Assembly (NCBI GenBank): GCA_963815195.1
Contig: CAWFGE010000022.1
Coordinates: 1-64,000, forward strand
Direction of reading: 5' to 3'
Length of the DNA stretch: 64,000 bases
From: an uncultured Planctomycetaceae bacterium
Lineage (GTDB): Bacteria; Planctomycetota; Planctomycetia; Planctomycetales; Planctomycetaceae
Part shown: positions 32,545-43,166 of the stretch, piece by piece
Position numbering within the stretch: the stretch's first letter is position 1
Layout: every line of letters starts with the position of its first letter
Notes under the pieces: model-generated
What the model was told of the DNA's origin: nothing
Database searches by the model: none
The model's input: the letters and a program-made list of their open reading frames with translations, nothing else
Program-made: the position numbers and the translations under genes

Positions 32545-33210
32545 TCAAATGGGCGGCAGCGTGCGATCGTTGGCAATGGTCGGCAGATGGATGTCCTCGA
32601 TCGGGAGAAACTGCTGCATCTCCGGATCGAAGGCAAACACGTCGCCGGTTTCGAACTTATAGACCCAGCCGTGCAGCTTGAGTTCCCCCCGGCTCGTCGC
32701 GGCCGCGACCGACGGATGCGTGCGCAGGTTCTCCAGTTGGACGAGAACGTTCTCTTCGACCGTCAGCGTCAAGCGCTTGTCCTCTTGGGTCAGATGCTGG
32801 TAATTCTCTTCCACGATTCGGCGGGTGGCTTCGGCGTGTTGCAGATAGGCCCGCACCGCCGGCATTTTCTCAACGCTGGCGGGGTGCAACAGGCCCGACA
32901 TCGCCCCGCAGTGGGAATGCCCGCACACGATCACATCCTTGACTTTGAGCGCAGCGACCGCGTACTCGATCGTGGCGGCTTCCCCGCCGTGAATTACCCC
33001 GTAAGGCGGAACGATATTCCCCGCCGTTCGCAAAATGAACAACTCGCCCGGCTTCGTCTGGGTGAGCCGATTGGGATCGATTCTCGAATCGGAACACGTA
33101 ATGAACAAGGCCATAGGTTGCTGCCCTTCCACGAGGGTTTCGAAAAGCTTCCGATTCGTGCTGAAGTATTCCTTTTGAAAATGATGGATTCCGTCAACGA
33201 GTCTCTGCAT
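32545..33210 (-). CDS. cynT: Beta-class carbonic anhydrase
   Basis: [32 protein letters not shown]. Confidence 0.92.
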   Translation of the reverse strand: MQRLVDGIHHFQKEYFSTNRKLFETLVEGQQPMALFITCSDSRIDPNRLTQTKPGELFILRTAGNIVPPYGVIHGGEAATIEYAVAALKVKDVIVCGHSHCGAMSGLLHPASVEKMPAVRAYLQHAEATRRIVEENYQHLTQEDKRLTLTVEENVLVQLENLRTHPSVAAATSRGELKLHGWVYKFETGDVFAFDPEMQQFLPIEDIHLPTIANDRTLPPI

Positions 33211-33452
33211 CCGAGTGTTCCTGGTCTTGAGGTTGAGCTGATACCTGCAATTTTTTGCATGCCGTGCAGGTTTTTGCAGGTTGATTATAGGAAGAGCCGT
33301 CCAGCATCGCCAGACGGGATTATCGTGACTGCGTAAAATATTCCGAAAATCCGGAGGATTCTCCGCCCGGTGTTCGCGGAGGTTCTCGACTTTCTTTGTG
33401 GATGATCAATCCACGCTATTTTGCGGGAAAGTCAGCGAGTCGGGGACGCAGC

Positions 33453-34550
33453 ATGTCATTCACACAACAAGAAACGGTCGAGTTCAGCCAGCGGGCGGTT
33501 TTCGCCGGGCTGGCGGTGTTTGTGGCGGACGCGTTTCTACTCGCCGGAGCCATCGCCGGAGCTTTGTATTTCAGGCATCCGGCGCTTCAGGCCGGGTGCG
33601 CGGCGGCGGCGGGGATTGTGATTGCGCTGTTGTTCGTGGTGGGTCATGATGCGGGGCACCAGTCTTTGACCCCTTATCGCTGGCTGAACAACGTGGTGGG
33701 CCGGTTGGCGATTCTTCCCGCGCTCCATCCTTATAGTCTGTGGATCCTTGTGCACAACCACACTCATCACCGGTGGACGAACCTGAGCCCCAAAGACTAT
33801 GTGTGGACGCCGCTCACGCTGGAAGAATATCAAGCGTTGCCCAGAGGCCGGCAGTTGTTGTACCGGGCCTACCGCAGTTGGGCCGGCATCTTCATTTATT
33901 ACTTTTTGGAGTTTTGGGTCAAGCGGATCATGTTCCCGTCCCGCAAAGAAGTCCGCGGGACGTACAAGCCCGCGTACATTCTGGACATTCTGTTCGTCCT
34001 GGCGTGTGCCGCGGGTTTTGTGGCGTTTTTGGTCGTGGGGGCCCGGGAAGGCTGGTTCCACGGTCCGCGGCCGGTGTGGAACTCGCTGCTGTTTGGGGCG
34101 GTGATCCCGTTTGCCGTGTGGAACACGATCATGTCGTTCGTGATTTTTCTGCATCACACGCATCCCGACTTGACGTGGTATCACGATGAAGCGGAATGGA
34201 AGCGGCTCGCGTCGCAGGCTCATTCCGCCGTGCACGTCATCTTTCCCGGCCCGGTGAATCTGATGTTCCATTGGATCATGGAGCACAACGCCCACCATGC
34301 CCGGCCTTCGATTCCCTTGTATCGCTTGCGGCAGGCGCAAAAGGTCCTCGAGAAAAATGACGACGGCAACATCATCGTGTTTCACTGGACGCCCTGGGCC
34401 CATTTGGACGTCGCCCGCCGCTGCAAACTTTACGACTATGAAGCCAAACGCTGGCAGGACTTCGACGGCCATTACACGTCCGGCGGCGTTTCCTCAACGG
34501 AAACCGCAGAGAACGCTCGGGCCCTGAGTGCCGCCGGGCGTCCCCAATGA
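33453..34550 (+). CDS. Membrane fatty acid desaturase
   Basis: Three His boxes: HDAGH, HNHTHH, HNAHH. Confidence 0.9.
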   Translation: MSFTQQETVEFSQRAVFAGLAVFVADAFLLAGAIAGALYFRHPALQAGCAAAAGIVIALLFVVGHDAGHQSLTPYRWLNNVVGRLAILPALHPYSLWILVHNHTHHRWTNLSPKDYVWTPLTLEEYQALPRGRQLLYRAYRSWAGIFIYYFLEFWVKRIMFPSRKEVRGTYKPAYILDILFVLACAAGFVAFLVVGAREGWFHGPRPVWNSLLFGAVIPFAVWNTIMSFVIFLHHTHPDLTWYHDEAEWKRLASQAHSAVHVIFPGPVNLMFHWIMEHNAHHARPSIPLYRLRQAQKVLEKNDDGNIIVFHWTPWAHLDVARRCKLYDYEAKRWQDFDGHYTSGGVSSTETAENARALSAAGRPQ

Positions 34551-34613
34551 CGCCGAGCCGCCAAAGTAAGCGGGAGACCCCGCGTCAAACCCATAAACTT
34601 GGGGTTAGAAGAA

Positions 34614-34718
34614 TTAGCCGCAGGGCGCTAGCCCCGGTTCTTCCACGAAGGTTTTATCACGAACCGGGGCTAGCGCCCTGAGGCTAATAGGAACCGGCGG
34701 CTATCGCCGAGCCGCTCA
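34614..34718. repeat. REP doublet plus an arm of a second REP family
   Basis: TTAGCCGCAGGGCGCTAGCCCCGGTT...AACCGGGGCTAGCGCCCTGAGGCTAA, then AACCGGCGGCTATCGCCGAGCCGCTCA. Confidence 0.8.
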
Positions 34719-34719
34719 G

Positions 34720-35442
34720 TCAAGCCGCGTCGCGTTTTCGGCCGGCCGCCGGCTGTTTCGGTTGGGGGAACGGGAGAATGTGCGGCGCTTCGTCTTCCGC
34801 GGGCTTGGGCAGGATCCGGCGGGCGTAAACGAGTTCCAAAAACTCGGGAAACACGGCCCAGCTTCGCGGCTGGCGGTTCCACAAGAGCGCCAATTGATGG
34901 AAAAACTCCATCTCGAATTTTGCCACCGCAAGCGCGGGCAGCAATTCCAGCGAGTCAAAATCCTCCGGCTCCCAACTTCGCGGGCACAACTCATAAGCCG
35001 GATGCGGGTTCGGCTGCCGGCCCCGCGGCGGCACATCGTAAATCACCGCCAACTCGTTGGTTTCGTTGAACTTGGCCGGGAAGACCTGGCACGCGGACGG
35101 CCGGTCCTCATAAATCCCGCAGTGAGCCGTGCCCAAAGGCGATTCCGCGGTGGGCGGTTCTTCCACCAAGAATCGGCAGCGCGAGGTTTCCGGAAACAAG
35201 GAACTCGCCGCGTGCATCAGACACAACACGAACGGCGTTTGCGGGTCGTCCGGAAAATAAAAATGCGGAGCGTAATTCCGCGCGATGTTGCCTTCGGGAT
35301 CTTCCCATCGGCACATAAAATCCCAAAAGCTCAGGTTGTAAGCCCGCTGAATCCGCAGGATGTCGGCCCCCGTCACCGGAACGGCGAACGAGCGGCAACA
35401 ACCCGCGTGGCAGCCTTCGCATGGACTCATGGAATCGCGCAT
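34720..35442 (-). CDS. YkgJ family cysteine-cluster (CxxCxxCC) protein
   Basis: CEGCHAGCC, CRFL, CGIYEDRPSACQVFP. Confidence 0.88.
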   Translation of the reverse strand: MRDSMSPCEGCHAGCCRSFAVPVTGADILRIQRAYNLSFWDFMCRWEDPEGNIARNYAPHFYFPDDPQTPFVLCLMHAASSLFPETSRCRFLVEEPPTAESPLGTAHCGIYEDRPSACQVFPAKFNETNELAVIYDVPPRGRQPNPHPAYELCPRSWEPEDFDSLELLPALAVAKFEMEFFHQLALLWNRQPRSWAVFPEFLELVYARRILPKPAEDEAPHILPFPQPKQPAAGRKRDAA

Positions 35443-35773
35443 TCATCCGGAGAATATCTTGAAACAAAAACACCTCAGAGGGCGCGGGGCGTTTTCTGTT
35501 TATCGGATTTTTCCGCACAATCGCTTCAATCCAACTCTGGAAAGACGGGCATTTTGGGGAGTGCCCCTACAAAGCGATTTGGCGGCATTGCACAAGAATC
35601 GCGCTTGGGACCCTTTTCAAAGGGGAAATGAGCAGGCAAAATAATAGTAGTTGTTTATGGAATGTTCTGATCCTTGTGGGAGGGAAGTCGTCGACTCGCA
35701 AATGGAACATTTCGTGGCGAAGTTGAGCGGTGCGCCGTTCCCGTTTCCTCGTCCTTTTTAGGAGCTGATCGCA

Positions 35774-36751
35774 ATGCACGACCCCAACAAATCCTCCTGT
35801 CCCGATTGCCAAGGCGATTTTACCCGCCGAGAGTTTGTGCAAGTTTTGGGAGGCACCGCGCTCGCCGCCGGCGCGTTGCCCCGGCTCGTCTCCGCCGCCC
35901 CCAAATCCGACAGCCCGGCCGAGACCTCGGTCGGCAAGTTGTTCAAAACCTTGAGCGATGACCAGAAGAAAGAAATCTGCTTCCCCTTCGATCACCAGCG
36001 GCGGCGGACGATCAACGCGAACTGGCATGTGACCAAGCCGGGCATCGGCACGAACTTCTACACCAAAGACCAACAAGCGTTGATCCACGAGATCGTCAAA
36101 GGCGTGACGACCGAAGACGGCTACGAACGCTTCCTCAAGCAAATGGAAGCGGACAACGGCGGGATTCGCAACTACAGCGTGGGCATCTTCGGCGAGCCGG
36201 GCAGCGGCAACTTCGAGTTCATGCTCACGGGCCGGCACCTCACGCTCCGCTCCGACGGCGACTGCGTGGAAAACGCCGCGTTCGGCGGCGGCATCGTCTA
36301 TGGCCACGGCGAAAGCGATCCCAAGAAAAACCTGTTCCACTATCAAACCAAAAAAGCGAACGAGGTCTTCCACGCGCTCGACGAAGCCCAGCGCAAACAA
36401 GCCCTCCTCGAAAAGAAACCCAAGAACGAAGCCGACGTGCAACTCCAAGGCGAAAGAGGCCACTTCAAGGGCCTTGCCGTGGGCGAGTTGTCGTCCGATC
36501 AGAAAGAACTTGTGGAAAGCGTCATCAAGATCATCCTCGCGCCTTACCGCAAGGACGACGTGGAAGAATCCATGGCCCTGCTCAAAGCCGGCGGCGGTCT
36601 CGACGCTTTGCACTTGTCCTTCTATCAAGAAGGCGACTTGGACAACGACCAGGTTTGGGACATCTGGCGGGTCGAAGGCCCGACGTTCGTCTCGTACTTC
36701 CGCGGCGCGCCGCATGTGCACGCCTACGTCAATATCGGAAAAAAAGCCTGA
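35774..36751 (+). CDS. DUF3500 Tat-exported protein
   Basis: TRREFV; IFGEPG, TGRHLTLR, WRVEGP, PHVH. Confidence 0.8.
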   Translation: MHDPNKSSCPDCQGDFTRREFVQVLGGTALAAGALPRLVSAAPKSDSPAETSVGKLFKTLSDDQKKEICFPFDHQRRRTINANWHVTKPGIGTNFYTKDQQALIHEIVKGVTTEDGYERFLKQMEADNGGIRNYSVGIFGEPGSGNFEFMLTGRHLTLRSDGDCVENAAFGGGIVYGHGESDPKKNLFHYQTKKANEVFHALDEAQRKQALLEKKPKNEADVQLQGERGHFKGLAVGELSSDQKELVESVIKIILAPYRKDDVEESMALLKAGGGLDALHLSFYQEGDLDNDQVWDIWRVEGPTFVSYFRGAPHVHAYVNIGKKA

Positions 36752-36779
36752 TCGCGCTTCGTCGCAAAATCTGAGTTGG

Positions 36780-36878
36780 CCCTGCTCCTCTCGGGAAAAA
36801 GGTGGCCAAAGGCCGGATGAGGGGGCTCGATCGAAGTCGCGCCCCCTCACCCCAGCCTCTCCCCCACGGGAGAGGGGA
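36780..36878. repeat. REP-like element (CCCTCACCCCAGCCTCTCCCC..GGGAGAGGG type)
   Basis: Imperfect inverted repeats downstream of DUF3500. Confidence 0.6.
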
Positions 36879-37113
36879 CAAATCACACCACGAATTTGAA
36901 CTCCAGCCGTCGCTCTCACCCGCTGGCCTGGAGAATCACGCCCGACTTCCCGCACGCCCCTTGGGTGTTGCCGAAAACACGCCAATTCATACAACCCGCA
37001 CATACCCTGGCAAAAGGCGCATGGGGAGGCGATTCGCCTTTGCCTGAGGGGAAGGGTTAGTCCATCCTAACTTGCATTCCCCACCGTTTCCTACGCCAAC
37101 ATAGAGGGCCAAG

Positions 37114-38337
37114 ATGAAAGCGATTCTCACCTTGCTCGCCGTGGCTTCATCGCTCGGCTTGGGATTGGGGGTCTACAGCTATTCGACCGAACTGGCCGAC
37201 AAGGCTGTGCCTCCCGTGACCCGGCAGCCCGTCTCGGTGGAAGTCATGGTCTCGGATCAGAGGCCGATTGAAGACCGCGCGAAGTTGGTGGGCAGCTTGA
37301 CCGCCGGGGCGGAAGTGCAGGTGCTCGCGCCCCGCAACGGGTACATTATGAAACTGCCGTTCGACGTGGGCGATCCGATCGGGCGGGGCGACGTGATCGT
37401 CGAGTTGGACGACCGCGAGCAGCAGGAACTGGTCGCCGGGGCGAGAGCGGCCTTGTCCGTCGCGGAGGCCCAGAAGAAGGCCTCGCTTGCCCAGGAGCAA
37501 ATGGCCCTCAAGGAATTGGACCGCCAACGCCGCCTGGCCGAGCGCGAGGCCGCGACCCGGCAGAATCTTGAACAGGCGGAGTCCCAATGGAACATCGCGG
37601 TCGCCCAGCGGGAATTGGAAGAAGCCCGCGTCAAGCAGGCCCAAACGGAAGTGGACCGAAATCTTCTGACTTTGAACGACAGCAAAATCGTGGCTCCGAT
37701 TTCGGGATTCGTCGGCGCGCGGTTTGTCGACGTGGGCGATCTGGCCAAACCCGACGTGCCGCTTTTGCAGATCGTGACCTTCGACATGGTTCGCACGGTG
37801 GTCCATGTCGTGGAGAAGGATTACCCCCGCGTGAAAGTCGGCCAGCATGCGACGATCGAAGTCGATGCCTTCCCGCGGACCGAGTTTCTGGGGACCGTCA
37901 TCCGCAAAGCTCCGGTGCTCAATCCCAACACGCGGACCTCGGCGGTGCAGATCGAGATCCCCAACAAAGACAGGCTCCTCAAGCCGGGCATGCACGCCCG
38001 CGTGCTCTTGGTGTTCGAGCGGAAAGAAGCGATCGTGCTCCCCGTCGCGGCTTTGGTCGAGCAAAGTGATGACCCCTCCGTTTATGTCGTCGAAAACGAT
38101 CCCCCCACGATCCGCCTGCAGAAAGTCAAAACGGGCATCAACGACGGAGAATTCGTGGAGATCCTGTCGGGAATCTCGCCGACCGATCACGTCGTCACCT
38201 TGGGAAACCGCCTGGTCAAAGCGGGGCAGGTCGTCAAGACCGTCGAAATCCCCTGGGCCAAGCCGATCCCCGGCGACATTCAAACCGCCCAAAAAGATCC
38301 CGCACCCAAAATCGACCCGGCGGCCACGGGAGAATAG
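37114..38337 (+). CDS. RND efflux periplasmic adaptor (MFP)
   Basis: Lipoyl-like halves, coiled hairpin, IVAPISG, LKPGM. Confidence 0.92.
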   Translation: MKAILTLLAVASSLGLGLGVYSYSTELADKAVPPVTRQPVSVEVMVSDQRPIEDRAKLVGSLTAGAEVQVLAPRNGYIMKLPFDVGDPIGRGDVIVELDDREQQELVAGARAALSVAEAQKKASLAQEQMALKELDRQRRLAEREAATRQNLEQAESQWNIAVAQRELEEARVKQAQTEVDRNLLTLNDSKIVAPISGFVGARFVDVGDLAKPDVPLLQIVTFDMVRTVVHVVEKDYPRVKVGQHATIEVDAFPRTEFLGTVIRKAPVLNPNTRTSAVQIEIPNKDRLLKPGMHARVLLVFERKEAIVLPVAALVEQSDDPSVYVVENDPPTIRLQKVKTGINDGEFVEILSGISPTDHVVTLGNRLVKAGQVVKTVEIPWAKPIPGDIQTAQKDPAPKIDPAATGE

Positions 38338-38447
38338 TTTCAACTAAAAAACAGGTTTCGCGTTTCAAGTTATGGCGAGCCAAGCCGCGTAAACGGCCAG
38401 ATAAAAACAATTGGTCATGGGTGCTTGGTCATTGGGATTTCTCTTAA

Positions 38448-41400
38448 ATGTTTCTCACGCGATTGGCTGTTCATCGCCCGGTGACGACATTGATGGCTTG
38501 CCTGATCGTGGCCATCCTGGGCACCGATGCGCTCACGAAGCTCTCCATCGATTTGATGCCCGACGTGACGCTCCCCGTGGTCAGCATCACCACGGTCTAT
38601 GAAGGCGCGTCTCCCCAAGAAGTCGAGACCGTTTTGACCCGGCCGCTCGAGCAAGCCTTGGGCGCGGTGCAAGGCGTGGAACGCCTCACCAGCACGAGCC
38701 TCGAGGGAAGCAGTGTCATCCGGGCCCAGTTCGCCTGGGGCACGAACCTGGATTCCGCGATGGCCGACATGCGGGCCCGCATCGAACGCATCCGCGAGTT
38801 CCTGCCGGACCAGATCGAATCGCCTTACATCGAACGCTACGACGTGGCGGATTTTCCGTTTATCTACCTGGCACTCGAAAGCGAGTTGGAGCCCGTCAAA
38901 CTCACGCAATACGCCGAGCAGACGATCATCCCCCGGCTCGAGCGCGTCGACGGAGTCGCGGCGGTGCGGCTTCGCGGCGGGGTCCGGCGGGAAATCCAGG
39001 TCGCCTTGGACCGGGGCAAGCTGGAGACGCTCAACCTCGGCGTGAACGAGGTCGTCACCGTGCTCCAGCAGGAAAACGTCAACCAGCCGGCGGGGTATTT
39101 CCGCTCCGGCCATCTCAATCTCTTGATCCGCAGCCAAGGCCAGTTTGAAGACTTGAACCAAATCGCAGGCACCGTCATCCGCCAGGAAAACGGAGCCCTG
39201 GTCCGGCTCAGGGACGTGGCCGACATCGTGGACGGACACGAAGAGATCACCGAACTCACCCGCATCAACGGCAAAGCGGGCACGATGATCTACATCAACA
39301 AGCAGTCCGGGGCGAACATGGTCGGCGTGAGCGACCGCGTGCGGGAAACCATCGACGAACTCAACGGCCAACTCACCCGGGGCCAGCTCAGCGTCCGCAT
39401 CGACAACGCCGACTTCATTCGCCAGGTGATGTCCAACCTCAAGACGTCGAGCTTCTACGGCATGGGGCTGGCGGTGCTCGTGCTGATTGTGTTTCTGCAG
39501 AGCTTTCGCAGCACGCTGGTCATTTCGATCACGATGCCGCTGTCGATCCTGGCGACCTTTATTCTGATTTTCTTCCAAGGCTTTACGCTGAACATCGTCT
39601 CGTTCGGCGGGTTGGCTTTGGGGATCGGAATGCTCGTCGACAACTCGATCGTGGTTCTGGAAAGCATCTTCCGCAAACGCGACGAAGGCCTCGCTCCCAA
39701 GGAAGCGGCGATCGAAGGCACCCGCGAAGTGTCCTCGGCGATTATCGCCAGCACTTTGACGACGCTGATCGTGTTTTTGCCGCTGTTGTTCATTGTGGGC
39801 ATGACGGGGATCATGCTGAACCAGTTGGCCTGGGTGGTGTCGTTCTCGCTGTTGTGCTCGTTGTTTGCAAGCCTGACGTTGACGCCGATGCTGAGCGCCT
39901 ATTGGCTGGGCGAAACCGAGCAGGAAACGCTCACGTCGTCCAAAAGCTGGGGCTGGGTAAGGCGGATGCACCGGCTGACCTACGCGGTGTTTTCGGGATT
40001 CGAGCGGGCGTATGTGCGGGTGCTCAGGGGTTGCCTCCGCTGGCCGGGGTTTGTGGGTTTCCTGTTGCTGGCGGGCTTTTGTGCGGCGATGGGGCTGTAT
40101 CCTCTCGTCGGCACCGAGCTGATGCCCAAGACCGACGAAGGCAGCCTGCGGATCGACACGCAGATGGCGGCGGGCATTCAACTCCATGAACTCAGCCAGA
40201 AAGCCGCCGTCGTGGAGCAAGCCTTGAAGGACAATGTGCCCGAAGCGAGCACGTGGGTGTCGTTCATCGGCGACGGCAAAAGCGAAGCCGACGATTGGAA
40301 CGAGGCCCGCTTCCGGATCCGGCTGAAACCCAAATCGGAACGCCAGCGCGAAGCGGCCGAGATCAGCAAACAGCTCGCCAAGAAAATCGGAGCGCTGGCC
40401 GGGATGAAAGTCCGCGTGCAGGCTTCGAACGAAATGCGGGTGTTCCGCATGATGTCCTACCGCACGGGAACGCAAAGCGACATCGAAGTCGAAGTCCGCG
40501 GGCACGATCTGGAGACCGGCGAGCAACTGGCCCGCGCGGTGAGCGAGGTCATGAAAGAAGTCCCGGGCCTCTCCAACGTCGAAGTCCAACTCGAGCAGCG
40601 CCGGCCGGAATTGGTCACCACCGTGGACCGCTCGAAGGCCAGCATGCTCGGCGTGAACGTCGCCAGCATCACCCAGGCCTTGGAAACCAACGTCCGCGGC
40701 ACCGAGGCCACCGTGTTCCGCGAAGCGGGCGATGAATTCAACATCCGCGTCTGGCTCCGCGAAGACGACCGCAACCGCATGAGCGACGTCGAGTACGTCG
40801 GCGTGCCCACGGGAATCGGGCAGGTGGTGGCGCTCAAAAACCTGGTCAAGTTCAAACAGGCGGACACGCCCGTGAGCATCGACCGCCGGGACCAGCAGCG
40901 GTTCATCGGCGTCTCGGCGGACATCGTGGACCGCGACCTGGGCAGCACGGTGCGCGACCTGCAACAACGCCTCAAATCGCTGCCGATGCCCGAGGGCTTT
41001 TCGCTCAACGTCGCCGGCGACTGGGAGCAGCAGCAGGACAGCTTTGAAGCCCTGAAAATGGGGTTCTTGATGGCGATCATCCTCATGTATATGGTGATGG
41101 CTTCGCAGTTCGAGTCGCTGCTCCATCCGCTGTTGATTTTGTTTTCCGTCCCCTTGGGAGCCATCGGCGTGATGCTGATGCTGGTGCTCAGCGGGACCAC
41201 GCTCAACGTGCAATCCTTCATCGGCGTGGTCATGCTCGCGGGGATCGTGGTCAACAACGCCATCGTGTTGATCGATTACGCAAACCAATTGCGGGAACAC
41301 GAGCCGGACGCCGACTTGAAGGAGATCATCCTCAAAGCCGCCAGCCGGCGGTTCCGGCCAATTCTGATGACGACGCTGACCACGGTGCTGGCCATGCTGC

Positions 41401-41564
41401 CTCTGGCGCTCGGTTTGGGGGAAGGCAGCGAACTGCAGGCCCCGATGGCCCGCGTGGTGATCGGCGGATTGACCTCGGGCACGCTGATTACCCTGGTGGC
41501 GATCCCTCTGCTATACCACGCCTGCGAAAGCCGCCGCCGAAAGCCCACGGCTGCCAGGTCGTGA
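38448..41564 (+). CDS. RND efflux permease (AcrB/AcrD/AcrF family)
   Basis: 1038 aa; GMLVDNSIVVLE, ASTLTT, GIVVNNAIVL, RFRPILMTT. Confidence 0.95.
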   Translation: MFLTRLAVHRPVTTLMACLIVAILGTDALTKLSIDLMPDVTLPVVSITTVYEGASPQEVETVLTRPLEQALGAVQGVERLTSTSLEGSSVIRAQFAWGTNLDSAMADMRARIERIREFLPDQIESPYIERYDVADFPFIYLALESELEPVKLTQYAEQTIIPRLERVDGVAAVRLRGGVRREIQVALDRGKLETLNLGVNEVVTVLQQENVNQPAGYFRSGHLNLLIRSQGQFEDLNQIAGTVIRQENGALVRLRDVADIVDGHEEITELTRINGKAGTMIYINKQSGANMVGVSDRVRETIDELNGQLTRGQLSVRIDNADFIRQVMSNLKTSSFYGMGLAVLVLIVFLQSFRSTLVISITMPLSILATFILIFFQGFTLNIVSFGGLALGIGMLVDNSIVVLESIFRKRDEGLAPKEAAIEGTREVSSAIIASTLTTLIVFLPLLFIVGMTGIMLNQLAWVVSFSLLCSLFASLTLTPMLSAYWLGETEQETLTSSKSWGWVRRMHRLTYAVFSGFERAYVRVLRGCLRWPGFVGFLLLAGFCAAMGLYPLVGTELMPKTDEGSLRIDTQMAAGIQLHELSQKAAVVEQALKDNVPEASTWVSFIGDGKSEADDWNEARFRIRLKPKSERQREAAEISKQLAKKIGALAGMKVRVQASNEMRVFRMMSYRTGTQSDIEVEVRGHDLETGEQLARAVSEVMKEVPGLSNVEVQLEQRRPELVTTVDRSKASMLGVNVASITQALETNVRGTEATVFREAGDEFNIRVWLREDDRNRMSDVEYVGVPTGIGQVVALKNLVKFKQADTPVSIDRRDQQRFIGVSADIVDRDLGSTVRDLQQRLKSLPMPEGFSLNVAGDWEQQQDSFEALKMGFLMAIILMYMVMASQFESLLHPLLILFSVPLGAIGVMLMLVLSGTTLNVQSFIGVVMLAGIVVNNAIVLIDYANQLREHEPDADLKEIILKAASRRFRPILMTTLTTVLAMLPLALGLGEGSELQAPMARVVIGGLTSGTLITLVAIPLLYHACESRRRKPTAARS

Positions 41565-41705
41565 CAGGCTATTGATGAAAGACCGCAAACGACGCCGGAG
41601 TACGCCGCGGACTCTGCCAGTGTGACTGAAGTCCGAAAGGGGAACGCTTTCCACCGCCCTCACCTCAAAGCATTGCCACACGGGCGGCTTTCTCACGTGT
41701 GGTTC

Positions 41706-42806
41706 TCAATGATTGAAAACCGCAAACGCGGCGATCGCGGCGGCGAGGAACACGGCGAGAGCGATCCAGCGTCCGGTTTTGGCGGCACTCGGCTTTGATA
41801 GTGCGGGAGCCGGCCGGTTTGAGGGAAGAGCGGGTTCGCGTGGACGGGACGCAGCGGGCGGGGCGACGGCTTCGCCACTCACCAGTTTTTTCAAATCGCC
41901 AATCAGCGCGTCCCAAGTCTCATAACCGGGCACACCGGCCGTTCGCAACATCCGATCTTTGATCACATTGGCCGATTGCGGCATCGTTCCCGTGGCTTCC
42001 GGCGAAGAGGGATCATCCGCCGGCGCGCTTGCATCTTCTGACCCGGCCGCGGAATCCCAAGTCCGCCCGGTTTGCAAAAAGTGATACAGTTTCCCCAGGG
42101 ACTCGCAGGTCCGCTCCAAAGCGGGCGGTTCGTCTTCGCAGCCGCAGGGGTCGGCAGTCACGATCCAACTCGGATCCCGGCCCGAGAGATGAATGTTCCC
42201 GTTTTCATCGAGGTACAACTCGTCGGCAGAGATTCGTTCGGGAGTCAGCCCCGCATCGGAGAATCGTTTGAGGGATTGAACCGTCTCCAGCAGGCATTCG
42301 CCGGCGAGTTCCAAAGGCAGCGGGCCGTTTTGGGAAACCACGTCGGCCAGGGTGTCGGCTTCCAGGCTCTCGCAGCACACGCAGATCATTTCCCCATGCC
42401 GGCCCACCTGGACGATCCCCGACGGTCCGCCGCGAACGGCCAGGCCGTTGGTTGGGCGGATTTCGGCGGCGATTTGTGTGGGATGGGAATTGGGCAGGCG
42501 GGCGGGGCCCAGAATGTGCATCCACACGGGGGAATCGTCTTGGAGGCGCCGGGCCGCGAAGATCAGCCGGTCTTTTTCCTCGTGGAGTTTTTCGTGAATC
42601 AGGCAATCGCAGAGGATCAGCGGGAGCGGAGAGGCTTCCGCGGCGGTTTGCGTTGCGGAGCGGGATTCTCCCGCTAAGCCCGATTCCTCTCGGGACTGAC
42701 CCTGAGCGTTTTCGGCGAGTTGGCGGCGAAAGGTCCGCGCATCCTCTCCCGAAAGCAACCGTCTCTCGGTCAAGTCGCGGAGGAATTGGTCAACAGTGAT
42801 GGCCAT
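41706..42806 (-). CDS. Degenerate Ser/Thr kinase-fold (pseudokinase) membrane protein
   Basis: Planctomycete STPK-type N-terminus; TLADVVSQNGPLP, LGKLYHFLQTG; catalytic motifs lost; C-terminal TM helix. Confidence 0.6.
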   Translation of the reverse strand: MAITVDQFLRDLTERRLLSGEDARTFRRQLAENAQGQSREESGLAGESRSATQTAAEASPLPLILCDCLIHEKLHEEKDRLIFAARRLQDDSPVWMHILGPARLPNSHPTQIAAEIRPTNGLAVRGGPSGIVQVGRHGEMICVCCESLEADTLADVVSQNGPLPLELAGECLLETVQSLKRFSDAGLTPERISADELYLDENGNIHLSGRDPSWIVTADPCGCEDEPPALERTCESLGKLYHFLQTGRTWDSAAGSEDASAPADDPSSPEATGTMPQSANVIKDRMLRTAGVPGYETWDALIGDLKKLVSGEAVAPPAASRPREPALPSNRPAPALSKPSAAKTGRWIALAVFLAAAIAAFAVFNH

Positions 42807-43166
42807 AACCGACGCCGGTTTTCTCTACGTGTCGAATGGGCTTCACAAATATAACCCCCACATTCGCCTTGAGGCATCCAGGAATTTTCGGGTGCAGTCA
42901 AATTATGTCCCGGCGGACCACTTCCTGCAAGACGGTCCGGCAGAATTCAGCGCCATCGGCGAACAGAGAAACTTGCCGGGCAGGCGGATTTCCCTAGGAG
43001 CCCGTGGCCAATTCCCCGATTTGTCCGTGCCTCGTGAACCTGCCCGGTTGATCGGATTTGCCTGTTTCCCTCTCTCATCGGCAGATCCGGCCTTTTCAAT
43101 GCGACTGTTTTCCGCGTATCTTGGATGGGCTGGGCAATTTTCACGGACCAGGATGCGAGAAACGTG

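Noticed and set aside
38415..41300. Long antisense or alternative-frame ORFs (961 aa here; also 18228..20645, 46427..48532, 52919..54520, 10573..12054)
   Set aside because: Shadow ORFs of GC-rich genes with clear family motifs in another frame or strand.
41620..41650. Hammerhead-like CTGAAGTCCGAAAGGGGAAC
   Set aside because: It lacks the full CUGANGA and GAAA core and has no supporting stems I/III.
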